Assembly (NCBI GenBank): GCA_028534125.1 | Contig: CM052818.1 | Span: 39,992,001-40,056,000, forward strand | Length of the DNA stretch: 64,000 nt | DNA from: Lama glama | Taxonomy: Eukaryota | Direction: 5' to 3' | Shown here: piece after piece, positions 23,291-36,569 of the stretch | Numbering within the stretch: position 1 is the first letter of the stretch | Layout of the letters: each line of letters starts with the position of its first letter | Translations under genes and position numbers: made by a program | The notes under the pieces: generated by a model | Seen by the model: the letters and a program-made list of their open reading frames with translations, nothing else | Database searches by the model: none | Told to the model about the DNA's origin: nothing

Positions 23291-24749
23291 CATGCAGATC
23301 CTTTCGGATTTCCTCTTTACCGTTTTTGTGAATGTGACAGTGGCGCCCTCCTCCCCTACCAGCCCCGCCAGGAGAAACTCCCTTGCTAAATCACTCACCC
23401 AGGGATCCTGCTCGGGACGTGTTTCTGCAGAAACTGAATTCAGGAGAAGCGCTCTCCTCCCTCTTTTGCCCCCTTATCTCTTTTTTCTGTTTCTTCATCT
23501 CTCTCCCTCTCTCTCTACCTAGTTTTCAAAAATTGCTCTCCTTTATTTTTTATGGATTATCTAAAAACTAAATATCCTCAAGATTTTTCCCAATGCATGA
23601 AAGTATTCCTCGGACAAATAGTAATCACAGTACCAAACTTGCCCACTAGAGGCCCACTAAGAACTGGCCTGGGCCCAATGGGCCTCCTGGCAGCAGGGCA
23701 CACCCACATCTCTGGGATGGGAGGGGGGAGCCGAAGACAGCTCTGATGCTCAGACCTTATGCGGGGAGTTCTAGTCTCCCTAACAGCCCTCCTGTAAGAG
23801 CTAACCCAGTGGGGAGTGGCCAGGACCCAGTCGAAGATCAGCATCTGAACTGGCAACCTGCCCTAACTCTCCCTTCCCTTCCCAGCTGGTGGGTTCCCGG
23901 ACTGTCTGAGGTTAGGTATAGAGGACAGGAGAGTCCCAGTAGTTACAAACACATTTGCTTTCTAAATCTTCCTAAATCATATTCATAACATCAAGATTGT
24001 TAAATTTAACTGTTAGGAATTATTCCCTCTGTTCTCTGATTCTAGTCTGACAAATAGTCCCTGGGGCAGATGGCCTTAACTGGGCAGGTCGACGCTGCAG
24101 GAGGGGATAGGAAGAAAACATTTGTGTTGCTGAGTATCTTACATCGTGGTAAGTCAGCAGGTGTAGCAGAGGCAACATGAAAGAATTCAACCAGAAAATC
24201 AGCCCAAACTAAATCAAACCTCATTCCAGCCTTTTTCTCCCCCTTAGTGTACTTTCTGAAAATCGCTTTGGGAAGACACATTCTCCTAATCTCAAGCTGA
24301 TCATCCTCCAGGTTGGGAATAAATCTGAAGCCCTGAATAGCAATAAAGGACACAAACAGCTCAAGCAAGTAGACGGTATCTGCTAATGATGAATCAGGCA
24401 ACACAGAGAGGAGGAACTATCAGGAGGCAGAAGGGAAGAGATAGGAAAATATGGTGTCACCAATTTTGAGATTTGCAGTTGGGATGGACAGAGCAGGAGC
24501 AGCAACCCATTTTGGACATGGGGAGTTGGGGGTCAATGAAGAGAAGATGCAATGCTCTCTTAAAATGTTGTCTTTAATTTCCTTGCTCATGGTTTCATTT
24601 AACTGCTTGTTGTAAGTGGAGAGGTCATTCTAGTTAAATTCAAATGATAAAGAGCTGGTTCCACTGACTGGGGAGCTATGAACAATTTCATGGTTAAACA
24701 TTTTGGGGTAAGCTTAGAGAGGCTGACATAGTGCAGAAGCACAAGATAC

Positions 24750-25895
24750 AATCATTCATTTACTCATTTTACTAATTCATTTGGCAAATAATTTTTGAGT
24801 GTCTAGGTGGTTCCAGGCCTGTGCTAAGCAGCAGAATGCAGAGAGATGAGTAAAAGTCAGCATATGCCATCAAGATGTCACTATGCACAGTACCCAGCTA
24901 TGTTATAGAGGATAGTGTCATGGCCACAGCGGCATGAGTGGGGGAGACTTGCTCTACCTGGGGAGGTTGGGGATGGCTTCACAAAAGAGATGCTTCTTCA
25001 GGAAGCAGAATAATCAAATGTATCCTTTGAAAGGAAGAGCATCCCAGAAAATGGAAGTTTGATAGGGACCAGGATCCAGAGAAGGCACAGCATATTTAAG
25101 AAATGACCAGACTAAAGTGTAAAAGGACCACAGAGGACTTAAAGAAAGGAAATGAGAAAAGTAGGCAGGGGCCAGATCACAAGGCTCCTTAGTTCATGAT
25201 ATAATATTTTGACATTATCCTTTGAAGATGCAAGTCATTGACTGGTTTTTAGCAGGGAAAGAGTGACCAAACATATCACATATTAGAAAGATCACTCCTG
25301 TGTTATTGTGGTGAATTAACTACAAGGAGGCCAGGGTGCAAGCTGGAAGTCTGTTATATGCTCTAGGGAAATGAAAATGGGGTCAGGACTAAACCAGCAA
25401 GAGTCGGGGTGGGGAGAAGGGAAGCGTCAAGAACTGAGGAATCAGACAATGTACAAAGGAAAGGAAGGAAAGATGATGTCCAAATTTGGGGTTTAGATGT
25501 GGAATAATAAGGCAGACAGGATAGAGAGGAGGTTTCCAGGGGATTAAAGAAGTTCAGCTGTAGATATGCCAAGCTTGAGGTGCCCGTGGGCCAGCCAAAG
25601 GGAAACATCTTTGTGCTGGTTGGTGGAAAGAGGTCTGGGTCGATGTATTATTTGGGAATCAGGTCTCTGAGGCTGTGAATCAGCACCATCCTGACCAGTA
25701 ATGTTTAAGGGGTAGGAAAGAAAAAGAGTAGCCACTGAAAGAAACTGAAAAGGATCAGCCAGAGGGTTAGGAGAAGACCCCTGATTGCCAGGAGGTAAGG
25801 AAGACAGAGTGTCAAGAAGAAGGGAATGGATAACTTTGCCAAATTCCTTAGCAAATAAATCACACCGGGCAGTTGGATTGAAGTCTGACTGCAGG
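24750..25895 (-). mobile_element. L2 LINE, long antisense fragment
   Basis: tcattcatttactcatt...tttttgagtgtctag...tgtgctaagc tail, then gtaggcaggggccagatcac, ttagaaagatcactc, agttcagctgtagatatgccaagcttgaggtgcc. Confidence 0.85.
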
Positions 25896-26214
25896 ATGGC
25901 CACTGGCCACAAGGAGTCAGATGGTGTTCTAACCCACAGGAGAACTTTCTAACAATCAAAATACCGCTAGTCCCCTGCGCACAGTAGGCTCTTGGTAAAT
26001 ATTAGCTAAAGTCAGGGATGTTTAACAAGGGGTTTCTTTGTCTGATGAGGGTTGCACGGGAGCTCTCAGGGCAGAGGGGGGCTGCCTACCAGACAAGGAC
26101 GTACTAAAGGAGAATCTGCAATGGATGTGAAATCTGTACGAAGGGAAGCCTTCTGACACTTGGACTGCAAGTATCTGGTGTGAGTAGTTTTCATTTTTGT
26201 TGTTCTTTAAATTT

Positions 26215-26545
26215 TAAAATGAAATGACTTTGGGCAGATGAAGAGTGAGCTCCCAGGCCACCACTTACTCACCAAGCCATTTGAGGTAATGCTCGTAACC
26301 CTGTGTCACATTTCTTGCTCTGTAAACTTGGGGCATATCATCTGTCCCATCTACTTCGCAGAGAACAAACGTTGCGCTTTTGAAGTGTTTGGGAACATTC
26401 AGAGAAAGAGGAGGTAATGGAACAGCTCGGGCCCGGGACATCTAAGCCTGGCTTGGCTACTACTTCACTAGGTCATCTGAAGCAAACTAGTTTCTTACAT
26501 TTAGAAAATGAAGTGGGTAGAAAAGAGGATGTCTAAGATAAGGGC
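26215..26545 (+). mobile_element. Two adjacent MIR/MIR3 fragments
   Basis: aggccaccacttact...ttcttgctctgtaaacttgggg; ggctactacttcactagg...tttcttacatttagaaaatgaag. Confidence 0.45.
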
Positions 26546-28729
26546 CGTCTTCAATTGCTTTCAGGTCGTGGTGTGATGATCAGCTCTTCAGCGTAATCAC
26601 CGCTGTCACCTTGGCCTGGTGCAGGGGCTGCGCAGTGTGGAAAGAGCTTCTAAGACACACACTGACTCGGCTGGTCCTCTGCACAGTCCAGTGCTGGGCC
26701 TGGGGGAGGGGGTCCATGATGGCCTGCACCTTCCAGATGACACCGAGGCTCCAGAGGGTCTACTGTGACAGATCTGGGGTCACAAAGGGTGAGTTCTTTT
26801 CCCCCAAATCCATGCTCTTTCCACCTCCCTATAGAATCATGTTCTTATACCAGGCATGATCAATGATGAGGCAAATACCCTAGATTGCTAAGGTGGGGGC
26901 AGACCCCGCTTTCAGAAGGCCTGAGTGAGGGGCCAGTCTTCAGCCCGTCTCTAGTGTACACACTTAAGAAGTCTACTTCCCCTTTTTGGCCAGATGCTCA
27001 ATTTCTGCACACACAAGAGGGGAGCCACCCCACCCTGCAGGTTCTCAGGCTGGTTAAGGGGCTGAAATGAGATGAGGGAGGCAGGTGGGGAGGCTCTCCT
27101 GCCGGCTGACCGACCGCACGGCGATGCCCTGCTTCCCACGCCTGTGCCGGGAGCTGGCTCTCTCCTCATGGCCTGGGCAAAATACCCCTCAGAGGGACTG
27201 GACTCTCCCTCCCAGTCAATCCAAATATTTAGCTTCAAGCCTGCCTCCGCTGTGCTTTGGCAAGAAGCGTTGGAGGAGGAGGCTGCTGCGAGGGGCGCTC
27301 CTTTGAAGCCCTGGGCGTCCTAGTCGTGTGGGGCCTGGGCCAAGCGGGTTGAGCTTTGAGGCCCGCAGCAGGGTTGAGACACTCTGGGGGCTGCTGACTT
27401 GGGCTGAGGGGACCCAGGGCCCAGATCCCTGCACGGCCCTGGGCTATGAAGGAGCTCTCTCAACTGAGAGCGGCCTCGCGCTCCTTCTCAGCCAGCCCTG
27501 GGGCCACCCCTCCCCGGGGCCTCTGCGTGCCCCGGGGATCACTGGACTGCCCTGGAGGGTGCCAGGGGATCTTGGCTCTCTCTCTCGAGAGAGAAAGGAT
27601 TTATTATTGAGCCCTGTAGTGGATTTCTCGGGGTGCCCACTCACCGTCACTGCCAGTGAACTGCTTGGGCAGTGCTTGTATACGCTTCTAGTCCCTGAAA
27701 CTTTAGATTCTGGATTCTGTTTCTACTAGGAAACATTGGACTCCTAATAACTTAAAGCTGATTGCTCCCGGGTCATTGGGGGCCCCCCGTACCACTAGAC
27801 CATCAGTCGAAGAAGGAGTTATGGCACCCACAGTTGTAATGAACTCTGATCGTAAGGAGAAAGGGCTTCTGTTTCACAGAGAAGAAGTAGGGTACGTGTG
27901 GCCCCAGGTCATCCACTAGCCTCTTCTGCTGTGCCCAGCCCTGACAAGATGCATAAGCTTAAAGGCATGGTGACCCTGGACTCAGACCCCTAGAGGTGGG
28001 TTAATGCATGAGGCAAGCCACCTAGATGGGTGATGCTAGCCAAGAGAGGGGAGGAGAGCGATCCTGGAGCATGGGGGACACAGGAGATGATGAGTCTCGG
28101 TCACTTTGGGGACCAGTGGCGGTGTGAGAGCTGGAGGGAGTCCCGCTAAACCTCTCTAGGATGTTTCCTCGGGAGCTGTGATCAAGCAGAGTCTTGGAGG
28201 GGCTGTGCCTGGGGGAACTGACCTTAATGTGAGAAGCCTGGGTACCTGAGCAGGAGGGAGTGTTAAGGTTATAGATGCTGTTTGAGCCTCCAGGATCCTC
28301 TTTCCTGGGCCTGTGCGCCCTTTTCTCACGGCTTCTCCCTTCGCTACAGAATTAAGTTCTAAGGATTGGAAGCCACATCATCGAGGGTGTTAGGCACCTC
28401 CTCCTGCCCTCTCCCCCGACCCCAACCACTCTCCCCGACTCCTCATACCTCAGCCAATGATCCCCTGACACAGAATTACAAAAGCATCACGCTCTGTTGT
28501 CAAGGTGGGACATTGTTAAGGGGGGATTCACACTCCAGAGCTCACGTGGGGTCAGGCTGAAGGTGGGCCCCAGTGGAGATGACAGCCTTGCTTAGCTCCT
28601 CTCTTGTCAAATCCTGTTCACCTCATTCTTTTTCTCCTAAGTGCACCCTCATCCCCATTTCTGTTCCTAGGCACCAGCCTTCAAGTCAACCCCATCCTCT
28701 CCAGGAAGGGCATCCTGCAAGGCCCTTTA

Positions 28730-28885
28730 TGTGAATTATCTCGCATGATCTCTGGTTAAACCTGTGAGATAACATCCTCAGGTACCTTTATTATTAAGCT
28801 GAAGAAACCAAGGCTCAGAGTAGTTCAGTAAGTTGGTGAAAGTTACACAGCTCATACTCAAGTCTGAGTCTACCTCCAATGCCCC
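28730..28885 (-). mobile_element. MIR fragment
   Basis: gaagaaaccaaggctcagagtagttcagtaagttggtgaaagttacacagct. Confidence 0.7.
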
Positions 28886-29529
28886 TGCCTCTCACCCTTA
28901 TTCATTCCCGCAGAAGAAACAGAAATAGTATGGCTTAATACCAGAGGAATAGTGGTAAACCCTGTCACTGAGGACATGGCCTGGGTAAGGAGAGTTAAAG
29001 AAGAGAAGGCGCTGGAGAGGCCCCAGGGAGGCAAGACTAAGATGTGTGAACCCCCGATATGCCGTCAATCAAGAGAACACCTCAGTCAGGTAACCTCCCA
29101 GTCCCTGACAGCGCCCACACCACGGCTGAGGGTAAACATCAGAGACGGAGCACGGAAAAGTCCTACAGCTGGAGGCAAGTAAAACAGAAGGACCCTTGAG
29201 TTTCCATCCAACCCAGTACCTTGACGATCATGAGGAGGATTCCAGGGCTCCTTGTAAATTGCTTAATCCCATAAGGACCCGTCTGACAGCCTCAAGTCTG
29301 AGTCACTGCAGGACCACTGGTCCAAACCTGGGCCAACATTTACAATGAAAGGCCCTGCGTGCTCTGTCTCCATGGGGATCCCAGAGGACAGAGAGAGAGG
29401 GATCCGGCTTCCCTCCAAGAGCAACGCGTGTAAGTGTCGCGTTTTCTTCCATCTGAACATGGAAGGAGTCCTTCCTCATTCAGGGAGGGGTTCAGAAGAG
29501 TAAGCGCTAATAACAATGGTGCCGGCGAC

Positions 29530-29672
29530 AGTAACAATTCTTACTACGCTCCAGATACTGCTCCAAGCAGTTTGCATGACAAACTCATTTGATTTTATAA
29601 CTATCAGGTAAGTAGGTACGATTATTATATCCATTTTAACAATGAAGCAAGTGGGGCATAGACAGTGAAGCG
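29530..29672 (-). mobile_element. MIR fragment
   Basis: ctcatttgattttataac...attattatatccattttaacaatgaagcaagtggggcatagacagtgaag. Confidence 0.6.
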
Positions 29673-29679
29673 TGGTCTT

Positions 29680-30035
29680 TCAGTAATGCACAGTAGAGTT
29701 TTCCAGAGGCAACGTGATGTGTGAAATTACAATAGACTGAATGCAGAAGCAGATATGAGAGTCAGTGTTCTTCTGTTAAAACAAACATTAAGTAAATTGC
29801 TTTCTTTCTCATAACTGCTTTGCAGAAAGTTATAGTTATTTTCATAAAAATATATTATTGATATCAAAATGTAATGATTTTTAATGATTATTAGTTCATT
29901 GAAAAACCTTCAAAAATCATCCTCAGTTTAGGCTCTAATGTGTTAAATATCAATTGACAGAATCCACGTAAATTTTTGAGGTCTATAGTTCTAAGAGTGC
30001 AAAGGTGTTCTGAAACCAAAAAGTTTGAGAATCTT
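29680..30035. mobile_element. Charlie1-like hAT DNA transposon fragment
   Basis: gactgaatgcagaagcagatatgaga...ctaagagtgcaaaggtgttctgaaaccaaaaagtttgagaa. Confidence 0.75.
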
Positions 30036-30794
30036 TACCTGATTCCATTCTTTAATCCAGAATACCTCCCATGCTTTCATTTTAGCAAAATACAATTTGA
30101 GAAATAAAACCTGTGGCATGTTCACTGGTGCTTGGTCAAATGTTTTGTCCTGATTATTAATTAGCTCAGCTGTCACTGGTCCTTCAAGATGGACTGTCTC
30201 CCTTCCCCTCTGGAGATGACTCCTCCCTGAATAACTAAGTATTGAAGATACTGAGAGAAGCTGGCATTTACACATTAGGAATGTTACCTGCTCTGTTGGA
30301 CTCAGAGGGTTGGGGAGATAGTGAGAGGAGTGGAGGCTGGAGAAAGAGTTCAATATTCACATGGAAGAGGAGGGTCTCTACTCCAGGTCTGGGTGTGACC
30401 TTGGCTGCTGTGGAAGGGCAGGAGGCAGAGGAAGTTGGACATGCTTTTCCCCAATGACCCTGCTCCTGTCATCCGTCTCAGAATTGGTTGTGGGGGGAAA
30501 ATGCTACACCACACCGTCTCCTCCTTTGGAGTGACCAAGATTTAGGTTAACCTCAGCTTAAGAGCATGATTGAAAGGAAATGGGGAATTGTTTTGGGAAA
30601 CAAAAACCCTTAAAAACAGAAAAGTGATGACCCCGATTAATAGAAGGGGCATTTTTCTTTTTCTATAGCTGGACAGTTTCTCAGATCTTTCTGTTAAGAT
30701 GAATCTTTTGAATAGATTGATGTTCTTGGGGAAGAACATCTACCTCAATGGTTGCATACTCAAGTATAATTAAATGATTAAATGTGGAGTCATG

Positions 30795-30955
30795 CGGTTA
30801 GTGTTTCTCGAGGATATGTTTACCACTGTATCTGCAAAGGCTAGAGCGATTCCTGGCACATGGAGGTACTCAGAAAAGACTTGCTGAGTGGAAAGCAGGA
30901 AAGAAGAAGAAAGAAGGCAGGCAGGGAGAGTGGGAGGAAGGGATGTAAGGAAGGG
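30795..30955 (+). mobile_element. L2 3' tail with purine-rich extension
   Basis: tgtttaccactgtatctgcaaaggctagagcgattcctggcacatggaggtactcagaaaagacttgctgagtgga. Confidence 0.7.
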
Positions 30956-31949
30956 TTTCTTCTTTCTGGCTGATCAGTTTTAGAAGTTCCACTTGTGATA
31001 CTATTCCATTAAAACACAAACTGGAGATAAGAAAAAAAAAATCAGTTTTTTCCTACTAAACTTATAGAACCCAAACCATTTCCTTAAGAGAAGAACTGTG
31101 CTTATGGAATGATAACATGTTCCTAAAGAAAAATGATCCCTTGTGCAAAAGCGCGCACCCACTGGCTGACTAAGGGGATGTGATGCTTTCCCTACGGCAA
31201 ATTCAGAAACATGGGACTCTCCGACCCGCCCCTAGTCTGGTGGATGCTTCCTTCTGCCACGGTGGCATCGTAACTGAGTCCCGTTGTATTTGGGCTCCTC
31301 CTCTCCTAAAACGGTTTACTTCTGCCTGCTCCTTAACGACAGGGGTTGAAAGGAAATGTGTGGATTCAGAAAAAAAAAACAATACACCTCAGAGCCACCT
31401 TTAAATGTATTTTCCCAAGGCATAGCAAATATCCTCGGAATTTGTTGTGAAAATCTGACCACATCCTAGTTAGCATGAGGTTAAAATTAACTGTAACATG
31501 TGTTTTAGGGATCTCAATTTGCAAAATATTAATAGAGTTCATGGGCAGTTAACTGCAATAAAGGGAGGAAATGAAGTTTATAGTGTGAGGCCCTGGGGAT
31601 GACAGCCTTCCATACCCCTGAGCACGTTTGGATCCCAGAACTCGCTGCGAGGTGGAGGCCATAGAGGGAAGATGGCGGGAAAGCTCAAGGTTAACTTCAT
31701 GGGGCTCCTTCTCTTGCCTCCTAGGAGGGTGCAGTGCCTTGGAGGCAGCCTCACCCAGGCCTGGCTCCTTCCTGCTTATTCTGGAACCTTGTGATTCAGC
31801 CAGAACTGCCAAAGCAGAGACCCTGAGCAAGACCCACAGCCGCTGGAACATCAGGAGAGAGCTCTGACCCACGCCGTATAATTTCTCTGAAGAGGTAATT
31901 GTTCCTGGGTTTGGCTCTTCAGGTGAATTGCTTAGGCAAGAGACAGTCA

Positions 31950-32120
31950 TGGAAGACATTGTGGGTGGAGAGTCAGGAGATACGGATGTTTCTTTCCTCT
32001 GTTACTGATTCTCTTGTGGCCTTGAGGAAATCACTTCTCCCCTCTGGACCTCTGCTTGCTTGTGTCCCCAGGGAAATGGTGGGCCTAAGTGGCCTATAGG
32101 GGCTCTTCCTACTCTTTATA
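31950..32120 (+). mobile_element. MIR3-like fragment
   Basis: gagtcaggagatacgg...gtggccttgaggaaatcacttctccctctggacctctg. Confidence 0.55.
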
Positions 32121-34784
32121 GTTTAATGCGGGTCTGGCCCTTGCCCCTGGGCATTCTAGGAAGCCCTATAAATAATGATGACTAAGGACACGACTCAGAT
32201 GGCGCAGCCGGAGAAAGTCAGTGCAAACTAAAGTAATCCTGGTAGGGAGAGAGGTGGGCTTTGGTTCAAAGCCCCAAGAGGAGTAGAGCGACTGGAGGGG
32301 AAAGAGGGGGTTTCAGGGAAAGAGAGGGCTCTGGGTGAAGGCCTGAAGTGTGGAGGCACAGCCTCTGATGTGACGGTCACTGGGGAGAGGGAGGTAGTTG
32401 GAGCAGACTGATGGAGGAAGCACAAGAAGAGAAATATTGTGGCTTTCCCAGGACTTCGTGTGGGAAGGGAGGAGTCCCTGGGCTGTCTGGGGACCCGCTG
32501 CAGTGTAGTGTGTGGGAGCCTTTTAGGACTTAGAATGTCAAAATCCGTGGCTGGGCTAGGCTCCTTCCGACGAGGGCCCACCGGCCTTGCTGCATCATCA
32601 CTGAGCTCTAACCTGCTCATCGGACTGGCCTGTGTCCTCCCGCTAGTCCCTTTCACACTAGTTCCTTCACAGGCCTGGGTTATGCTCACTTGCTGCTTGC
32701 AGAGTGGGGGTCATTCTCCTTTTGTGAGAGCCTCCACCGAAAGGACCTGGGATTGATGGCTTTCCATGGTGCTGGTACAGAAAATCTTTCACCCTTTGGT
32801 TGGCTTCCTCTACAGAAAATTAGGGTTCATTCCTCTGACCCTTGAGGGGGCTTAAGAGTACCTAGGACTCAAGCCAGTCCTGCTCATGATAAAGGCTATC
32901 AGGAGTCTTTAACCACCTCTGTCTTCTGGCCAGTGGAGCTTAGAATATCATGCGCCCTTGTTGGGGCCCCCTGACTACGTCTGATGCCAGGCACTCCCAG
33001 TGGATTCTAATCACTTTGGCCACAATGAGGTCTGAAGGTTGGAGCTCCACAGGTAACCCTGTGATAACTCTCCCCTTTGCTGCCCAGATGGTGGAGATCT
33101 ACCCTTCGCCTTCCCCAGAGGGCTGAGATCTACCCTTAAACCTATTTCTTAGTCATGAACCTCAAGGTCCCCCAGAGAATCACAGCTCTGTGAAGAATTC
33201 AGCACATTGATCTGGGGTGTTGATATCCTGGGCCATGTTTACCAGGGCCTGGATTCTTTGCCTGGCTGACAGATGCTCTGGTAGCAGTCAGCTCTGGGTG
33301 ATGACTAAGGCTGTTAGACAGCCTCTCACACCCATTTTCTTAGATCCACTCATGTCATGTACCCCTATTCCCCCCACCAAGTTCATCACACATTCTTCCT
33401 GCTTAAACTTGATTCTTGGCCCTTGATTTGCAAACAGTAGAAGCAAGAGGAGCCCCACAGAAACATCAGAAATAACTTTGTTATTCTTTGGACCTCATTT
33501 CACTCTCATTAAAGATCTTCTTGAGAAAGAATCTTGTGATGCTAGCTCATATCCTTTATGGTTATTATTTAATAACTACTTGATAAAATATTTTAGGCTT
33601 ATAGTCAGTTGCTGTCAATCTTCAGAACACCGAGAAATGAAAGGAGATATGGAAGGGTGGTTTGTTCCTTTATATGCTGTTTTAATGATGTCAGTAATTG
33701 CATAAATGTAGTCTTTTTAACTGTGCACACTCTGTGCCTTGGTTTATCTACATACAGTCCATGGCCAGAGGTAACTGGTCTTCTAAAGAGAATGTACACA
33801 TGTCTGAAGCATCATCAGAGCTACGGGTCCTGCCCTGGCCTGCCACCCACCCCCACCCCAAGCACCTGCAGACTTTGTCTTTCCCAGTCCAAGGCAAGAG
33901 AACTGTCAGCTGGCTCAGACCCACTATGTATGGAACCTAGAATTTGTCCTTTCTCACAAGTCCTGGGCCTCAAGGAAACTGGAATAGATCTTGAGTATCT
34001 AGGAGTCTACTGGGCGGCAGGCCTTTCAACCCCCAGAAGTGTGCCTGTCACAGGCGGAGGCCAGTTGCCAGGCCTCGCCAAGCAAAATGGAGCCTCTTGA
34101 TAGCATAGAACTAGTCATTACTGAGTAAATGGAACCCTTTGGAACATATGAACTGGACCCCTGACCACCCCCTTTGAGGGCTTCTACATTACATCTTCCC
34201 TCAAGACACATCCAGCTTTTGTTTCTGCAGTGGGCCCATGTGACAGTGTCCCAGAATGCTTTCAATGCCTGAAAAATAGCTGATTGAGCCTTAAAGTTTT
34301 GGATTTCTGTTGAGTTTGTTATGATCAAGGTGAGGTTTTTAGCCTTCCCACTCACTCACAGTCCAATGAGAGAGGCTATCCATGAGGGCTGACGCCTCCC
34401 ATGGGAAATCACCAGCAACCCTAAATAATTCAGGCCTGGTCTTCCTTGTACAAGTGAGAACGTGGGCAAAATTCTTTCTGATTCTACTCTCTGAGTCCTT
34501 CACATTTTCTGTTCTTCTAGCAGATTCCCATAAGCAGCCCAAATTCCTCTGAAGGGTACCACGAGCACTGAGGTCCTGAAGGCTTTGGGGAAAGCCAGCT
34601 TTGGAGCTACAGGGGATGTTCACACACTAGGGAGGCTTGGCAGAGGCACTATTCTAAGTAGCATTTTCAAAACAAGGAGGGACTCAGATTCTTCTCGTTT
34701 GGGACCAAGAAGAATTGCTAGTTTAACTCAGAGGATCACAATAAAGAGCCTTTTGAATGATGGGTAAGGAGGAAATCACAGTGA

Positions 34785-35010
34785 TTTTGCAGTAGGCAGC
34801 TCTGGGTTCTAATTCCTGCTCAACCACCTGCCAACTCAGAGGCCATGAGCCTTTTTCTGTATTTCTCTTAGCCCTGATAGCTTCATCAATTAAATGGGAA
34901 TTAAAAAATGCACCTCAAGGAGTTACTGAGAATTATGGCCATAGTTATAAAATATCTAAATAGAATTTGGTACCCAGTAAGTGTTCAATATATAGAAGCT
35001 ATTTACTACT
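34785..35010 (+). mobile_element. MIR SINE
   Basis: ctctgggttctaattcctgctc...cttcatcaattaaatggga...cacctcaaggagttactgagaatta...cagtaagtgttcaata. Confidence 0.7.
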
Positions 35011-36089
35011 GTAAAGGAGCGTGAGGGGCAGGTTACTAGATTTTCTTTATCATTCTTTCTGGATCTGAGAGATTCCGAGGGAGCTGATAGAACCAGGGAG
35101 ATGGCCTAGTTAGTTCTAGGAAGAACTACAAAAAAACCTACTTTTCTCACAAGCTTCAGCAGAGCTAAGAGGAGTAACTGTCCCAACATTTGGACCAGAG
35201 CAAAAGGCTGAATTCAGGTTGCAATCGTCTTGCAGACAAGTAGCACCCCCTCATCACACATCCCCCACCATATACGTGCCACAAAGGCGCCTGGTGCTTT
35301 CAAGTGCGCAGATGCATGCGGACGGACACGCACACGCACACACGCATATTTACACGCGAAGCCTCTCCCCCTCTAAGCCTGGCTCCCGTCTGTGATCCCT
35401 GTGACACTGTTCTCACGCTCTTGGGCTGTGCCACGGGAGAAGAAACTGACGTTACCAGCTGGTTGAATTCTAACTCATCAAAATAGTTCGGGTTATCCCC
35501 TGCACTCCTTTTAAGACATTTTAGGTATTTTTTTCCATAGGGTTGGGAAATCATGTTTCACCAGTAATAAACTGAGTGGAACCCCAAAAGAGCAAAGCTC
35601 AATTTCAAACTCAGAACTGGGGAGGTCACAATGGGTCCTATCACTGGAAAATCACCACCTCCCTTTCCTCAGCAGAGCAAGACATGTTCTGGAGGAAAGG
35701 GAGAAGGCTGAAAACCAAGCACAGCAGTTTCTAATATTTTTCCTCCTGACTTTTTTTAATTAGTGTTGACTAGCTTAACGAAGCAATTAAGGGGCTTATT
35801 TGCTTTCTAAATCACATGTGAAATTTAAGAAACCTTGACATAGAAGAAATATTTGTCCCCAAGATCTGACCCCACAAGGGATATCAGTTTGAATATTCAC
35901 CAACTGCTGGAAAGTGAGGACAACTGGCCCCGCTCTCCGACTGAGGCCCAAGCGAAACAGACACCGTGGTAGCCAGCCCTGTGCCAAGAAAGCCCCGTAG
36001 GTAAATGGGTGCTTCTTGAATGCGTTTCTGACTTCCACCGAAAACAACGATAGTTAGCCTTTAATAATAATGAACTTTAACAAGAACAT

Positions 36090-36320
36090 GAATAATGATG
36101 TCTATTGATTCCTTATGTGCCAGCAGTTGCGTTGTGCACTTACGTTATTTCAGTCTGAGTCTGTAAGTTCCCCTCCCCCGCCTCTCTAAACTAGAGCAAG
36201 GAAACAGAGATTCAGGGAGGTGAACTGGCCTGCCCAGGTTCCCACACCCCACATGGAGTGGATTTAAACTGTTTTTTATTCTGAGACACGTGGTCTTTCT
36301 ATGGTATTTTACTACCTCTC
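36090..36320 (-). mobile_element. MIR SINE
   Basis: tattgattccttatgtgccag...aaggaaacagagattcagggaggtgaactggcctgcccagg. Confidence 0.7.
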
Positions 36321-36569
36321 CTTGTGACAGTTCTTACCATGAGAATTGTGGCCCAAGTACGCTGAAGGTTATTAGATAATTCCATTTGTGCACGTATGCT
36401 TACATTTATATTTATACCATGGCATATATGAACAGAGTATTACTAAAATTTGTTTTTTAATTTTAATAATCATATAATCAGATTATCTGTATTACAGCAT
36501 AATATACATTATACCATGTATAATACACTAATCATAAAATTATTGGAGCATTTTATATCTTAATAAAAA

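Noticed and set aside
27072..27729. Overlapping GC-rich ORFs and the palindrome tctctctcgagagaga
   Set aside because: Stop-poor because of high GC; the palindrome is a junction of two simple repeats
32166..32205. CTATAAATAA (TATA/MEF2-like) followed by an E-box and a CTCF-like CAGATGGCGC
   Set aside because: Short motifs with no independent support
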